This document shows positions 19,396-26,534 of a DNA stretch of 64,000 bases, piece after piece. Origin of the DNA: an uncultured Alistipes sp. (GTDB lineage Bacteria > Bacteroidota > Bacteroidia > Bacteroidales > Rikenellaceae); the NCBI GenBank assembly GCA_949283205.1, contig CASDSD010000043.1:3526-67525 (forward strand), in the 5' to 3' direction. How positions within the stretch are numbered: the first letter of the stretch is position 1; each line of letters opens with the position of its first letter. The translations under genes and the position numbers were made by a program. Under the pieces are notes generated by a model. The model saw only the letters and a program-made list of their open reading frames with translations, was not told the origin of the DNA and ran no database searches.

Positions 19396-20336
19396 TTTTT
19401 CTTGTTTTTTTTCTTTTTCGACCTACTATCCGCCGTCGCATCCCCCGCTGCCGGGGCTGCCGCTGCCGCCGCTGCGGCGTGCTGCATGCGTTCCTTTCCC
19501 GCTGCGGGTACGGCTGCGGGGAACGCTCCCCGACGGCTGCGCCATATCATCCACACCCCCGCCAGAATGAAGGGTATGCTGAGCAGCTGTCCCATATTGA
19601 GCGCCATGCCCTGCTCGAAAGCCTCCTGATCGGCCTTGATGAACTCGATAAGGAAGCGCGTGAGGAAGATGCCGATGAGTCCCACTCCGAAGAGCAGCCC
19701 CGCATGGCGCCGTCCCTCGTCCCGCTTGCGGTAGAGCCACAGCAGCACGGCAAAGGTTACCACGTAACACAACGCCTCGTAGAGCTGCGCGGGGTGCAGT
19801 ACCGGGATCTGGTCCACAGGCACCGACGGGTACAACCGCACGAACTTGAATCCCCACGGCAGGTCGGTCGCCGCACCCACGATCTCCGAGTTGCAGAGGT
19901 TGCCCAGGCGCACGATGGCACCGCCTATCGAGACGGGGATCATGATGCGGTCCAACCACCACACATAGGGCATGCGGCACTTGCGCGCCGTGATCCACAT
20001 ACCCAGCAGCATGCCTATTGCGGCGCCGTGGCTGGCCATGCCGCCGTTGCGGATCTCGGTGATGATGGCCCACGGCCTGGTTATGTAATAACTGAACTCG
20101 TAGAAGAGGCAGTGACCTATGCGGGCGCCGAGGATGGCGCCGAGCGTTATCCATATGAATCCCGTCTCGACGATCTGGGGGCCGAAGCCCTCGCGCCGCG
20201 CAAAGTAGGAGAAGAACCTCTCTCCGAGGAGTATTGTCAGGGCCCACGTGAGGCCGTAGTAACGTATGTCGAACGACCCGATGGAGAACATCACCGGATC
20301 GAAATCCCATACGATATAAAACAGGTCGTTGAGCAT
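19389..20336 (-). CDS. lgt: prolipoprotein diacylglyceryl transferase
   Basis: Multi-TM protein with Lgt-type motifs (YGLTWALTILLG, GARIGHCLFY, HPAQLYEAL). Unusual Lys-rich tail SKKKKNKKKW*. Overlaps the next gene by 7 nt. Confidence 0.9.
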   Translation of the reverse strand: MLNDLFYIVWDFDPVMFSIGSFDIRYYGLTWALTILLGERFFSYFARREGFGPQIVETGFIWITLGAILGARIGHCLFYEFSYYITRPWAIITEIRNGGMASHGAAIGMLLGMWITARKCRMPYVWWLDRIMIPVSIGGAIVRLGNLCNSEIVGAATDLPWGFKFVRLYPSVPVDQIPVLHPAQLYEALCYVVTFAVLLWLYRKRDEGRRHAGLLFGVGLIGIFLTRFLIEFIKADQEAFEQGMALNMGQLLSIPFILAGVWMIWRSRRGAFPAAVPAAGKERMQHAAAAAAAAPAAGDATADSRSKKKKNKKKW

Positions 20337-20397
20337 CTATTCGCTGTCGGGGTTAGCGGCATTCCGTCCGCGGGTGCATATTACGTTCATGCGCGCG

Positions 20398-21447
20398 TCA
20401 CTTCTCTGCCGGCGACGGCGCCTTCTTGAGCGTGAAGGCGAAGGTGGTGCCCACACCCAGCTCGCTGCGCACGTTGATACGCTCGCCGTGCGCCTCGATG
20501 ATATGTTTCACGATGGCCAGGCCCAGACCCGTACCGCCCTGCTCGCGCGAGCGCCCCTTGTCGACACGGTAGAAACGCTCGAAGATGCGCGGGATATCCT
20601 CCTTGCTGATTCCCACGCCCGTATCCTCCACCTCGACCAGGATCTTGTCCATCATGTCGCGGAACTTGATGCGGGTGGATCCGCCCTCCTTGCCGTAGTG
20701 TATCGAGTTGATTATAAGGTTTACCAGCACCTGACCCACGTAATGCTTGTCGGCCGTCACCCAGAAGGGCGAAGGCAGGTAGTCGGCACCCTTGACCGAG
20801 ATGCGTATCTTGCGTTTGGCCGCCTCGATCTCCAGCTGGTCGGCGATCTCCTTCGCCAGGGCCACGATGTCGAACTTGTCGTTCTTCAGGCGGTTCATGT
20901 CGCTCTCGAGCTTCGAGATGGTGTCCAGGTCGTTCACTATGTTTATCAGGCGGTCGATGCTCTTCTCCGCGCGCTCGAGATACTTGCGGTTGATAAGCTC
21001 ATCCTCCAGCCCTCCGTCGAGCAGCGTCGAGATATAACCCTGGATGTTGAATATGGGGGTCTTCAGCTCGTGCGCCACGTTGCCCAGATACTGCTTGCGG
21101 AACTTCTCCGTCTGCTTCAGGCGGGCGATCTCCTTGTCGTTGTCGTCGGCCCATGCCGTAAGCTCCTCGGAGATCTTCTCCACGTGCTTGTCCTTGAGTT
21201 CGTCGGCTATCTCGGTGGTATGCACGTCACGCGAGAAGACGATCGAATATATCGGCTTGAGTTTGTATGCCACATACGACCGTATGGTATAGAGCGAGAA
21301 GAGGGCCAGCAGCGCAAACACCACAACGGATACGCATACGACCATCCACCACACGATACCGCTCCACACCATGACACCGGCCACCACCACCGTGGCCACC
21401 AACGCCAGGAGCAACGATGCGCTCTCTTTAGTTTTAATTGTCATCAT
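20398..21447 (-). CDS. sensor histidine kinase with two adjacent TM helices and no evident extracytoplasmic domain
   Basis: H-box HELKTPIFNIQGYI and G-boxes GTGLGLAIVKHIIEAHG. The N-terminus has two hydrophobic helices separated by about 4 residues. Confidence 0.9.
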   Translation of the reverse strand: MMTIKTKESASLLLALVATVVVAGVMVWSGIVWWMVVCVSVVVFALLALFSLYTIRSYVAYKLKPIYSIVFSRDVHTTEIADELKDKHVEKISEELTAWADDNDKEIARLKQTEKFRKQYLGNVAHELKTPIFNIQGYISTLLDGGLEDELINRKYLERAEKSIDRLINIVNDLDTISKLESDMNRLKNDKFDIVALAKEIADQLEIEAAKRKIRISVKGADYLPSPFWVTADKHYVGQVLVNLIINSIHYGKEGGSTRIKFRDMMDKILVEVEDTGVGISKEDIPRIFERFYRVDKGRSREQGGTGLGLAIVKHIIEAHGERINVRSELGVGTTFAFTLKKAPSPAEK

Positions 21448-21516
21448 ATCTGCAACATTTAGGTTATCTCATACTCATTTTCCTTGTCCGGCAGCCTTTC
21501 GCCTCCGTCATCCGCG

Positions 21517-21570
21517 GCCCGGCTCCTTAAGTCCGCAGCCCGCCTCCTTAAGTCCTCAACCCGCCTCCAT
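21517..21570. repeat. about 2.5 copies of a 21-bp tandem repeat (core CTCCTTAAGTCC)
   Basis: CTCCTTAAGTCC occurs at 21523 and 21544. A 16-nt direct repeat CCGTCATCCGCGGCCC also occurs at 21505 and 21607. Confidence 0.75.
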
Positions 21571-21688
21571 CATCCTCGGTTCAGGCCCCTTGCGTCCGCC
21601 ATCGGTCCGTCATCCGCGGCCCTGCGCGTCCGCCGTACCGCTCGGCCCCGTCACCGCGACCCCGCACCGCAGGGCGGCACATGGCGCC

Positions 21689-22321
21689 TCAACACAGACG
21701 CAACTGACCCACGACGCGGTATACGCACTCCACATCCGCCACGGCTAAACGCACGGTATCGAAACCGCTGTTCACAGCCTCGAGCATCAGCACGGGACGT
21801 CCGCCGTCGTCGGCAAGCCGCACCTTACGCAAAAGTACGTAATTTTGACTGCCGATGACATATGTTCCCCCGGGAATAATCGCCTCGACAGCTATTTTTT
21901 TCAGAAATACGATTGTTCCCGGCATTATCTCGCCGCTCATGGCGGCATCGTAGCAACGCATGGCACAATCGCAATCCTCTATCATGGGTATGACCATGTC
22001 GCACTCGGGTGTCATCTCCGCAAGACGCATCAACGACCGTCCCTGCACGTCGACATCGAAAAACGGGATACCGCCGTCAGCCGCAACGGGACTCGAGAAC
22101 ATCTCTCCCTCGCCCGTGAGCAGCCATCCGAGGCTTATTTCGGGGAAACGGTCCGTGATGCGCCGCGCCAGATTCTGCGAGATGCCGTTCTTGCCCGCCT
22201 TTATCTGGTAGAGGTTCTCCGAACGCGACAGCCCGATGTAACGACCGAAATAGTTTATGGTCATGTCCGCCCAGCGTATCACACTCTCCAAGCGTTCCCA
22301 ATTTTCATTTTTATTTGTCAT
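21689..22321 (-). CDS. HTH + peptidase S24 (LexA/cI-like) transcriptional repressor
   Basis: N-terminal HTH (TINYFGRYIGLSRSENLYQIKAGKNGIS). The C-terminal beta-rich domain contains AAMSGEIMPGTIVF, resembling the S24 Ser region. Confidence 0.8.
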   Translation of the reverse strand: MTNKNENWERLESVIRWADMTINYFGRYIGLSRSENLYQIKAGKNGISQNLARRITDRFPEISLGWLLTGEGEMFSSPVAADGGIPFFDVDVQGRSLMRLAEMTPECDMVIPMIEDCDCAMRCYDAAMSGEIMPGTIVFLKKIAVEAIIPGGTYVIGSQNYVLLRKVRLADDGGRPVLMLEAVNSGFDTVRLAVADVECVYRVVGQLRLC

Positions 22322-22337
22322 ATAAATTTTTTTTTCG

Positions 22338-22345
22338 CATCTTTG
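22338..22345 (+). promoter_or_regulatory. -7-like box (CAtcTTTG) 7 nt upstream of the tRNA 5' end
   Basis: CATCTTTG, then GCACTCGC runs into the tRNA acceptor stem. Confidence 0.4.
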
Positions 22346-22352
22346 CACTCGC

Positions 22353-22424
22353 GGCCTCGTAGTTCAATGGATAGAATTTAAGATTCCGGTTCTTACGATG
22401 AAGGTTCGAATCCTTTCGAGGCTA
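22353..22424 (+). tRNA. tRNA-Arg (anticodon CCG)
   Basis: Hand-folded cloverleaf.
- Acceptor GGCCTCG/CGAGGCT.
- D arm GTTC-AATGGATA-GAAT.
- Anticodon arm TAAGA-TTCCGGT-TCTTA (U33, CCG, G37).
- T arm GAAGG-TTCGAAT-CCTTT.
- Discriminator A. Confidence 0.85.
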
Positions 22425-22431
22425 CACGAGG

Positions 22432-22454
22432 GAGGGCTTTACGCCCTCTTTTTT
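22432..22454 (+). terminator. rho-independent terminator after tRNA-Arg
   Basis: Stem GAGGGC / GCCCTC, loop TTTAC, followed by TTTTTT. Confidence 0.65.
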
Positions 22455-22560
22455 CGTATCGGAGCACATCGTTTGCGGTCCTGTCGTACGGCCGTGGCAG
22501 CCGGTCCATACCTGCACAGCCACCGCGCTCTTCCCGCACCGCGGCCACACCTTCTCATCC

Positions 22561-22687
22561 GGCCGCCGCATCTTGCGCCACACCGCCGGCCACTTCTCAC
22601 CGCCGCCGCATCTTGCGCCACACCGCCGACCGCTCCTCACCGCCGCCACATCTTGCGCCACACCGCCGACCGCTCCTCACCGCCGCC
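22561..22687. repeat. 40-bp tandem repeat, about 3.2 copies
   Basis: CATCTTGCGCCACACCGCCG recurs at exactly 40-bp spacing (22569, 22609, 22649). Copies 2 and 3 are identical. Confidence 0.9.
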
Positions 22688-22810
22688 AGCACGCGCGAAG
22701 GGCCCCGCCTATTAATTTTTCAAAGATAGAAAAATTATCATTACGAATAACAAAAAGAGGGTTAAAAATAACGCTTTTCGTCGCCCTGCAACATCCACGC
22801 AACAATCCCG

Positions 22811-22846
22811 CAACAACCGCTCGACAACCGCTCGACAACCGCCCGC
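22811..22846. repeat. 12-bp tandem repeat, 3 copies (GACAACCGCTC-like)
   Basis: The sequence reads CAACAACCGCTCGACAACCGCTCGACAACCGCCCG. Confidence 0.8.
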
Positions 22847-22920
22847 AATGCCGTATCCGGCGGCTCTCTCCCCGACAGCCGCCGGGAGCGTCCCCCGAAT
22901 ACGGGAGACGACACGGCCAG

Positions 22921-23060
22921 ATTCCGAAAACTCCGTTCTCGATTTGTCTCTGCGCCCGGCTTTCACCATATCTGGATAATACAGGATGCGTCTCGGCAGA
23001 GACAAATTCCGAAAACTCCGTTCTCGATTTGTCTCTGCGCTCGACTTTCACTATATTTGT
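22921..23060 (+). repeat. two copies of a 55-bp module (offset 85 bp) carrying promoter-like boxes
   Basis: ATTCCGAAAACTCCGTTCTCGATTTGTCTCTGCGC is identical at 22921 and 23006 (35/35). The next 20 nt match about 15/20. Confidence 0.9.
23028..23059 (+). promoter_or_regulatory. putative ruvB promoter: -33 TTTG (23028-23031) and -7 TAtaTTTG (23052-23059)
   Basis: 20-nt spacing between the boxes. The upstream module copy has the degenerate -7 CATATCTG. Confidence 0.5.
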
Positions 23061-23126
23061 ACCCGGCCATACCGCTCGGCACGACATAACGTCCGCAACG
23101 GGAGGCCTCTTCCACTGTTACGCACC

Positions 23127-24140
23127 ATGGGCACAGACAGAAACATGCGAAACATAGAGAGCGATCTGGAGTTCGAGAACCGGATACGACCACAGGAGCT
23201 TACGGCGTTTTCGGGCCAGGACAAGATCGTCGACAACCTCAAGGTCTTCATCAAGGCGGCACTCATGCGCGGCGACTCGCTCGACCACGTCCTGCTGCAC
23301 GGCCCCCCGGGCCTGGGCAAGACCACCCTCGCCAACATCATCGCACACGAGATGGGGGCGCAGCTCAAGGTAACCTCCGGCCCCGTCCTCGACAAACCGG
23401 GAGACCTGGCAGGACTGCTCACGAACCTCAACCCCGGCGACGTACTCTTCATCGACGAGATACACCGCCTGAGCCCCATCGTCGAGGAGTATCTCTATTC
23501 CGCGATGGAGGATTTCAAGATAGACATCGTCCTCGACAAGGGCCCTTCCGCCCGTTCGATACAGATCGAGCTGGCACCGTTCACTCTTGTCGGCGCCACC
23601 ACCCGCAGCGGCCTGCTCACCTCGCCCCTGCGTGCGCGTTTCGGCATACAGTGCCATCTGGAGTATTACGACGCCGCGGTGCTGGCTCGTATCGTGAAAC
23701 GCTCGGCCCGCATCCTCGACATCTCGATCGACGACGATGCCGCCTCGGAGGTGGCGCTGCGCTCGCGCGGCACACCCCGTATAGCCAACGCCCTGCTGCG
23801 GCGCGTGCGCGACTTCGCCATGGTCAAGGGCGAAGGGCACATCGACCTCGAGATCACGCGCATAGCCCTCACGGCACTGAACATAGACTCGCGCGGCCTC
23901 GACCACATGGACAACCGCATCCTGAGCACCATAATCGAGAAGTTCAAGGGCGGCCCCGTGGGGCTGAACACCATAGCCACGGCCGTGGGAGAGGAGGCCG
24001 GCACCATAGAGGATGTCTACGAACCGTTCCTCATCAAGGAGGGGTTCATCAAACGCACCCCCCGCGGCCGCGAGGCCACGGAACTCGCATACCGCCATAT
24101 GGGGCTCATGCCCGACAGCGGCGAAAACACGCTCTTTTAA
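23127..24140 (+). CDS. ruvB: Holliday junction branch migration DNA helicase
   Basis: Walker [12 protein letters not shown], Walker [25 protein letters not shown]. Start chosen at [11 protein letters not shown]. Confidence 0.95.
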   Translation: MGTDRNMRNIESDLEFENRIRPQELTAFSGQDKIVDNLKVFIKAALMRGDSLDHVLLHGPPGLGKTTLANIIAHEMGAQLKVTSGPVLDKPGDLAGLLTNLNPGDVLFIDEIHRLSPIVEEYLYSAMEDFKIDIVLDKGPSARSIQIELAPFTLVGATTRSGLLTSPLRARFGIQCHLEYYDAAVLARIVKRSARILDISIDDDAASEVALRSRGTPRIANALLRRVRDFAMVKGEGHIDLEITRIALTALNIDSRGLDHMDNRILSTIIEKFKGGPVGLNTIATAVGEEAGTIEDVYEPFLIKEGFIKRTPRGREATELAYRHMGLMPDSGENTLF

Positions 24141-24216
24141 CTCCGGGCGGCGGAGATGCCGCCGCGACGACGGAACGATTGCCGACAAAACCGAAACCTC
24201 AAAAATACCCTAACCG

Positions 24217-25350
24217 ATGAAACGACTCGCAAACCTTATCCTCGCTCTGGCGGCGGCCGTGACCGCTGCGGCACAGGCCCCGACGGGCGCGCCCCAGATA
24301 CCGGTCTATCCCGCGCTGCAGGACGAGGGCTCCTTTACGATGATCATGGTGCCCGACCCGCAGAGCTATGTCAAGTTCGCGGCCAACCAGCCGCTCTTCG
24401 AGCTGCAGACGGCGTGGATAGCACAGAACACCGACCGTCTGAACATACGTGCCGCCCTCTTCACGGGCGACATGGTCGAGCAGAACAACAAACTCATCGC
24501 CGCAGGCATACCCAACCCCAACAACGGCGACCGCACCTCGCGCCAGCAGTGGCAGGCGGTATCGGACGCCCTTGCACGCCTCGACGGCAAGCTGCCGTAC
24601 ATCGTATGCCAGGGCAACCACGACACAGGGTATATCGCCGCCGAGCACCGGCTGTCGAACATGCCCGACTACATATACCCCGACCGCAACTCCGCCTTCG
24701 CCGAGACGCTCGTCTCGACAGGGGCCAACAATCAGGGACTGCACACGATGGAGAATGCCGCCTACGAGTTCCATGACGAAGCATGGGGTGACCTGCTCGT
24801 CATAGCCTTCGAGTTCGCCCCGAGGGACGAAGCGCTCGAGTGGGCGCGGCAGCTCATAGAGTCGGAGCGCTACCGCAACCACCGCGTGATAATCCTCACC
24901 CACTCGTTCCTCGCCACCGACGGCAGCCGCATCGAGAAGGAGGGGTACAAGCTCACGCCCCGCAACTGGGCGCAGGCCGTGTGGGAGAAGCTCATATACC
25001 CGTCGAAGAACATATGCCTGGTGCTGTGCGGCCACACCGGGGCGCCTCCCAAGTTCGCCGCGGACGGCACGATAGGCTACAGTTCGACCTCGGCGCTGCG
25101 TGTGGACAAGGCAGCCGACGGACGCGACATCCCGCAGATGATGTTCAACTCGCAGAACGGCGACGGCGACTGGAACGGCAACGGCGGCGACTGCTGGCTC
25201 CGAATTCTGGAGTTCATGCCCGACGGCAAGACCATCTCGGTGCGCACCTTCTCTCCGCTGTTCGCCATCTCGAAGCGCACGGCCGACATGGCCTGGCGTA
25301 CGGAGTCCTGCGACCAGTTCGAGATAACGATAGATTCAATAAAGGAATGA
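24217..25350 (+). CDS. secreted metallophosphoesterase (calcineurin-like)
   Basis: Signal peptide MKRLANLILALAAAVTAAAQA. Motifs GDMVEQ, QGNHD, ILTHS, CGHTG. Confidence 0.85.
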   Translation: MKRLANLILALAAAVTAAAQAPTGAPQIPVYPALQDEGSFTMIMVPDPQSYVKFAANQPLFELQTAWIAQNTDRLNIRAALFTGDMVEQNNKLIAAGIPNPNNGDRTSRQQWQAVSDALARLDGKLPYIVCQGNHDTGYIAAEHRLSNMPDYIYPDRNSAFAETLVSTGANNQGLHTMENAAYEFHDEAWGDLLVIAFEFAPRDEALEWARQLIESERYRNHRVIILTHSFLATDGSRIEKEGYKLTPRNWAQAVWEKLIYPSKNICLVLCGHTGAPPKFAADGTIGYSSTSALRVDKAADGRDIPQMMFNSQNGDGDWNGNGGDCWLRILEFMPDGKTISVRTFSPLFAISKRTADMAWRTESCDQFEITIDSIKE

Positions 25351-25372
25351 GGCGGCGACACCGCACACAAAC

Positions 25373-25404
25373 AGAGGCGATCAGGATTGATCCTGATCGC
25401 CTCT
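25373..25404. terminator. strong hairpin between convergent genes (no clear T-run)
   Basis: 14-bp perfect stem AGAGGCGATCAGGA / TCCTGATCGCCTCT, loop TTGA. Confidence 0.5.
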
Positions 25405-25434
25405 CTACTTTCCATGCATTTTATACCGGCCGCG

Positions 25435-26451
25435 TCACGAGAAGAGCGCGCGGAACTCCTCCAGCGGCATGGGTACCACCTCGCAGGCGCCGATCCCCGT
25501 CGGGAACACCACATGCAGCATGTCGCCCTCGCTCTTCTTGTCCTTCGCCACGGCCTTCAGCAGCACCCGCATCGCAACCGGCGGCGTCAGGTCGAAGCCC
25601 GTACGTTCCAGCACACCGCAGATGCGCTCCCTGTCGGCCGCCGACAGCAACCCCTTGCGCGCCGCGACATCGGAGATCATCGCCAGACCTACGGCCACGG
25701 CCTCGCCGTGGTTCATCTTCGACGACGACTTTTCGATGGCATGCGCCAGCGTATGTCCCAGGTTGAGCTTGCGGCGGTCGCCATGCTCGCGCTCGTCGCG
25801 CTCGACGATGTCGGCCTTGACCCTGATGGCACGATATACCACCTCGCCCATCCTTTCGGGATCCTTCGCCAGCTCCGCCAGCGGCGTGCGCTCCAATATC
25901 GAGAAGAGCTCCTCGTCGGCGATGATGCCCGCCTTGATCATCTCGGCCATGCCCGTGCGCAGCTCACGTTCGGGCAGCGTGCGAAGCATATTGACGTCAC
26001 ATATCACGAAACGCGGCTGCGTGAAGGTCCCCACCATGTTCTTGTATCCGTCGACATTGACGCCGTTCTTGCCGCCGACGCTGGCGTCGACCTGCCCGAG
26101 CAGCGATGTCGAGATGAAGCCGAACTCAACGCCCCGCATGTATGTCGAGGCGACGAAGCCCGCCACGTCGGTGACGATGCCGCCGCCGATGGCCAGCACG
26201 AAGGTCGAGCGGTCGACTCCCATGTCGATAAATTTCTTGTATATGGCGTCTGCCGTCACCAGCGTCTTGCTGGCCTCGCCCAGGCCTATGAGCACATGGT
26301 CATAACGGTTCACGAGCGAATGATAGTGGCGGTCGATGTTGGTGTCGGAGACCACCACCACACGCTTGTCGGGCAACAGACGCGGCAGAAGATCGCCCAC
26401 GCCGCCCACAGCGACACGGCTGCAATCCTTGATTCTTATGCTGTAATCCAT
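25435..26451 (-). CDS. aroB: 3-dehydroquinate synthase
   Basis: GGGIVTDVAGFVASTYMRG and LNLGHTLAHAIE motifs. Start chosen at MDYSIRIKD. Confidence 0.92.
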   Translation of the reverse strand: MDYSIRIKDCSRVAVGGVGDLLPRLLPDKRVVVVSDTNIDRHYHSLVNRYDHVLIGLGEASKTLVTADAIYKKFIDMGVDRSTFVLAIGGGIVTDVAGFVASTYMRGVEFGFISTSLLGQVDASVGGKNGVNVDGYKNMVGTFTQPRFVICDVNMLRTLPERELRTGMAEMIKAGIIADEELFSILERTPLAELAKDPERMGEVVYRAIRVKADIVERDEREHGDRRKLNLGHTLAHAIEKSSSKMNHGEAVAVGLAMISDVAARKGLLSAADRERICGVLERTGFDLTPPVAMRVLLKAVAKDKKSEGDMLHVVFPTGIGACEVVPMPLEEFRALFS

Positions 26452-26476
26452 ATTGGTCACCCGTTGAATAGGAGAA

Positions 26477-26484
26477 CAAAAATA
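26477..26484 (-). promoter_or_regulatory. -7 box (TAttTTTG) for aroB
   Basis: Plus strand CAAAAATA is TATTTTTG on the minus strand, 25 nt upstream of ATG 26451. Confidence 0.4.
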
Positions 26485-26506
26485 ACGCATTTTTATGATT
26501 AATTAT

Positions 26507-26514
26507 TAACTTTG
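26507..26514 (+). promoter_or_regulatory. -7 box (TAacTTTG) for typA
   Basis: TAACTTTG lies 20 nt upstream of ATG 26535, in an AT-rich spacer. Confidence 0.5.
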
Positions 26515-26534
26515 CGGCGTTAATTTCAATTACT

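Noticed and set aside
22561-22687. Possible CRISPR array (regularly spaced 40-bp repeats).
   Set aside because: The units are directly abutting tandem copies with no unique spacers. There are no cas genes in the window.
22398-22715. 105-aa plus-strand ORF, and 79-aa and 60-aa minus-strand ORFs, overlapping tRNA-Arg and the 40-bp repeats.
   Set aside because: They overlap a well-folded tRNA gene and a tandem repeat. The products are repetitive P/H/R/A strings.
22353-23126. Integrated mobile element at tRNA-Arg.
   Set aside because: No integrase, excisionase, transposase or phage gene is present, and I could not find a second copy of the tRNA 3' end (GGTTCGAATCC...) in the window. Only a possible scar remains, reported as a finding at modest interest.
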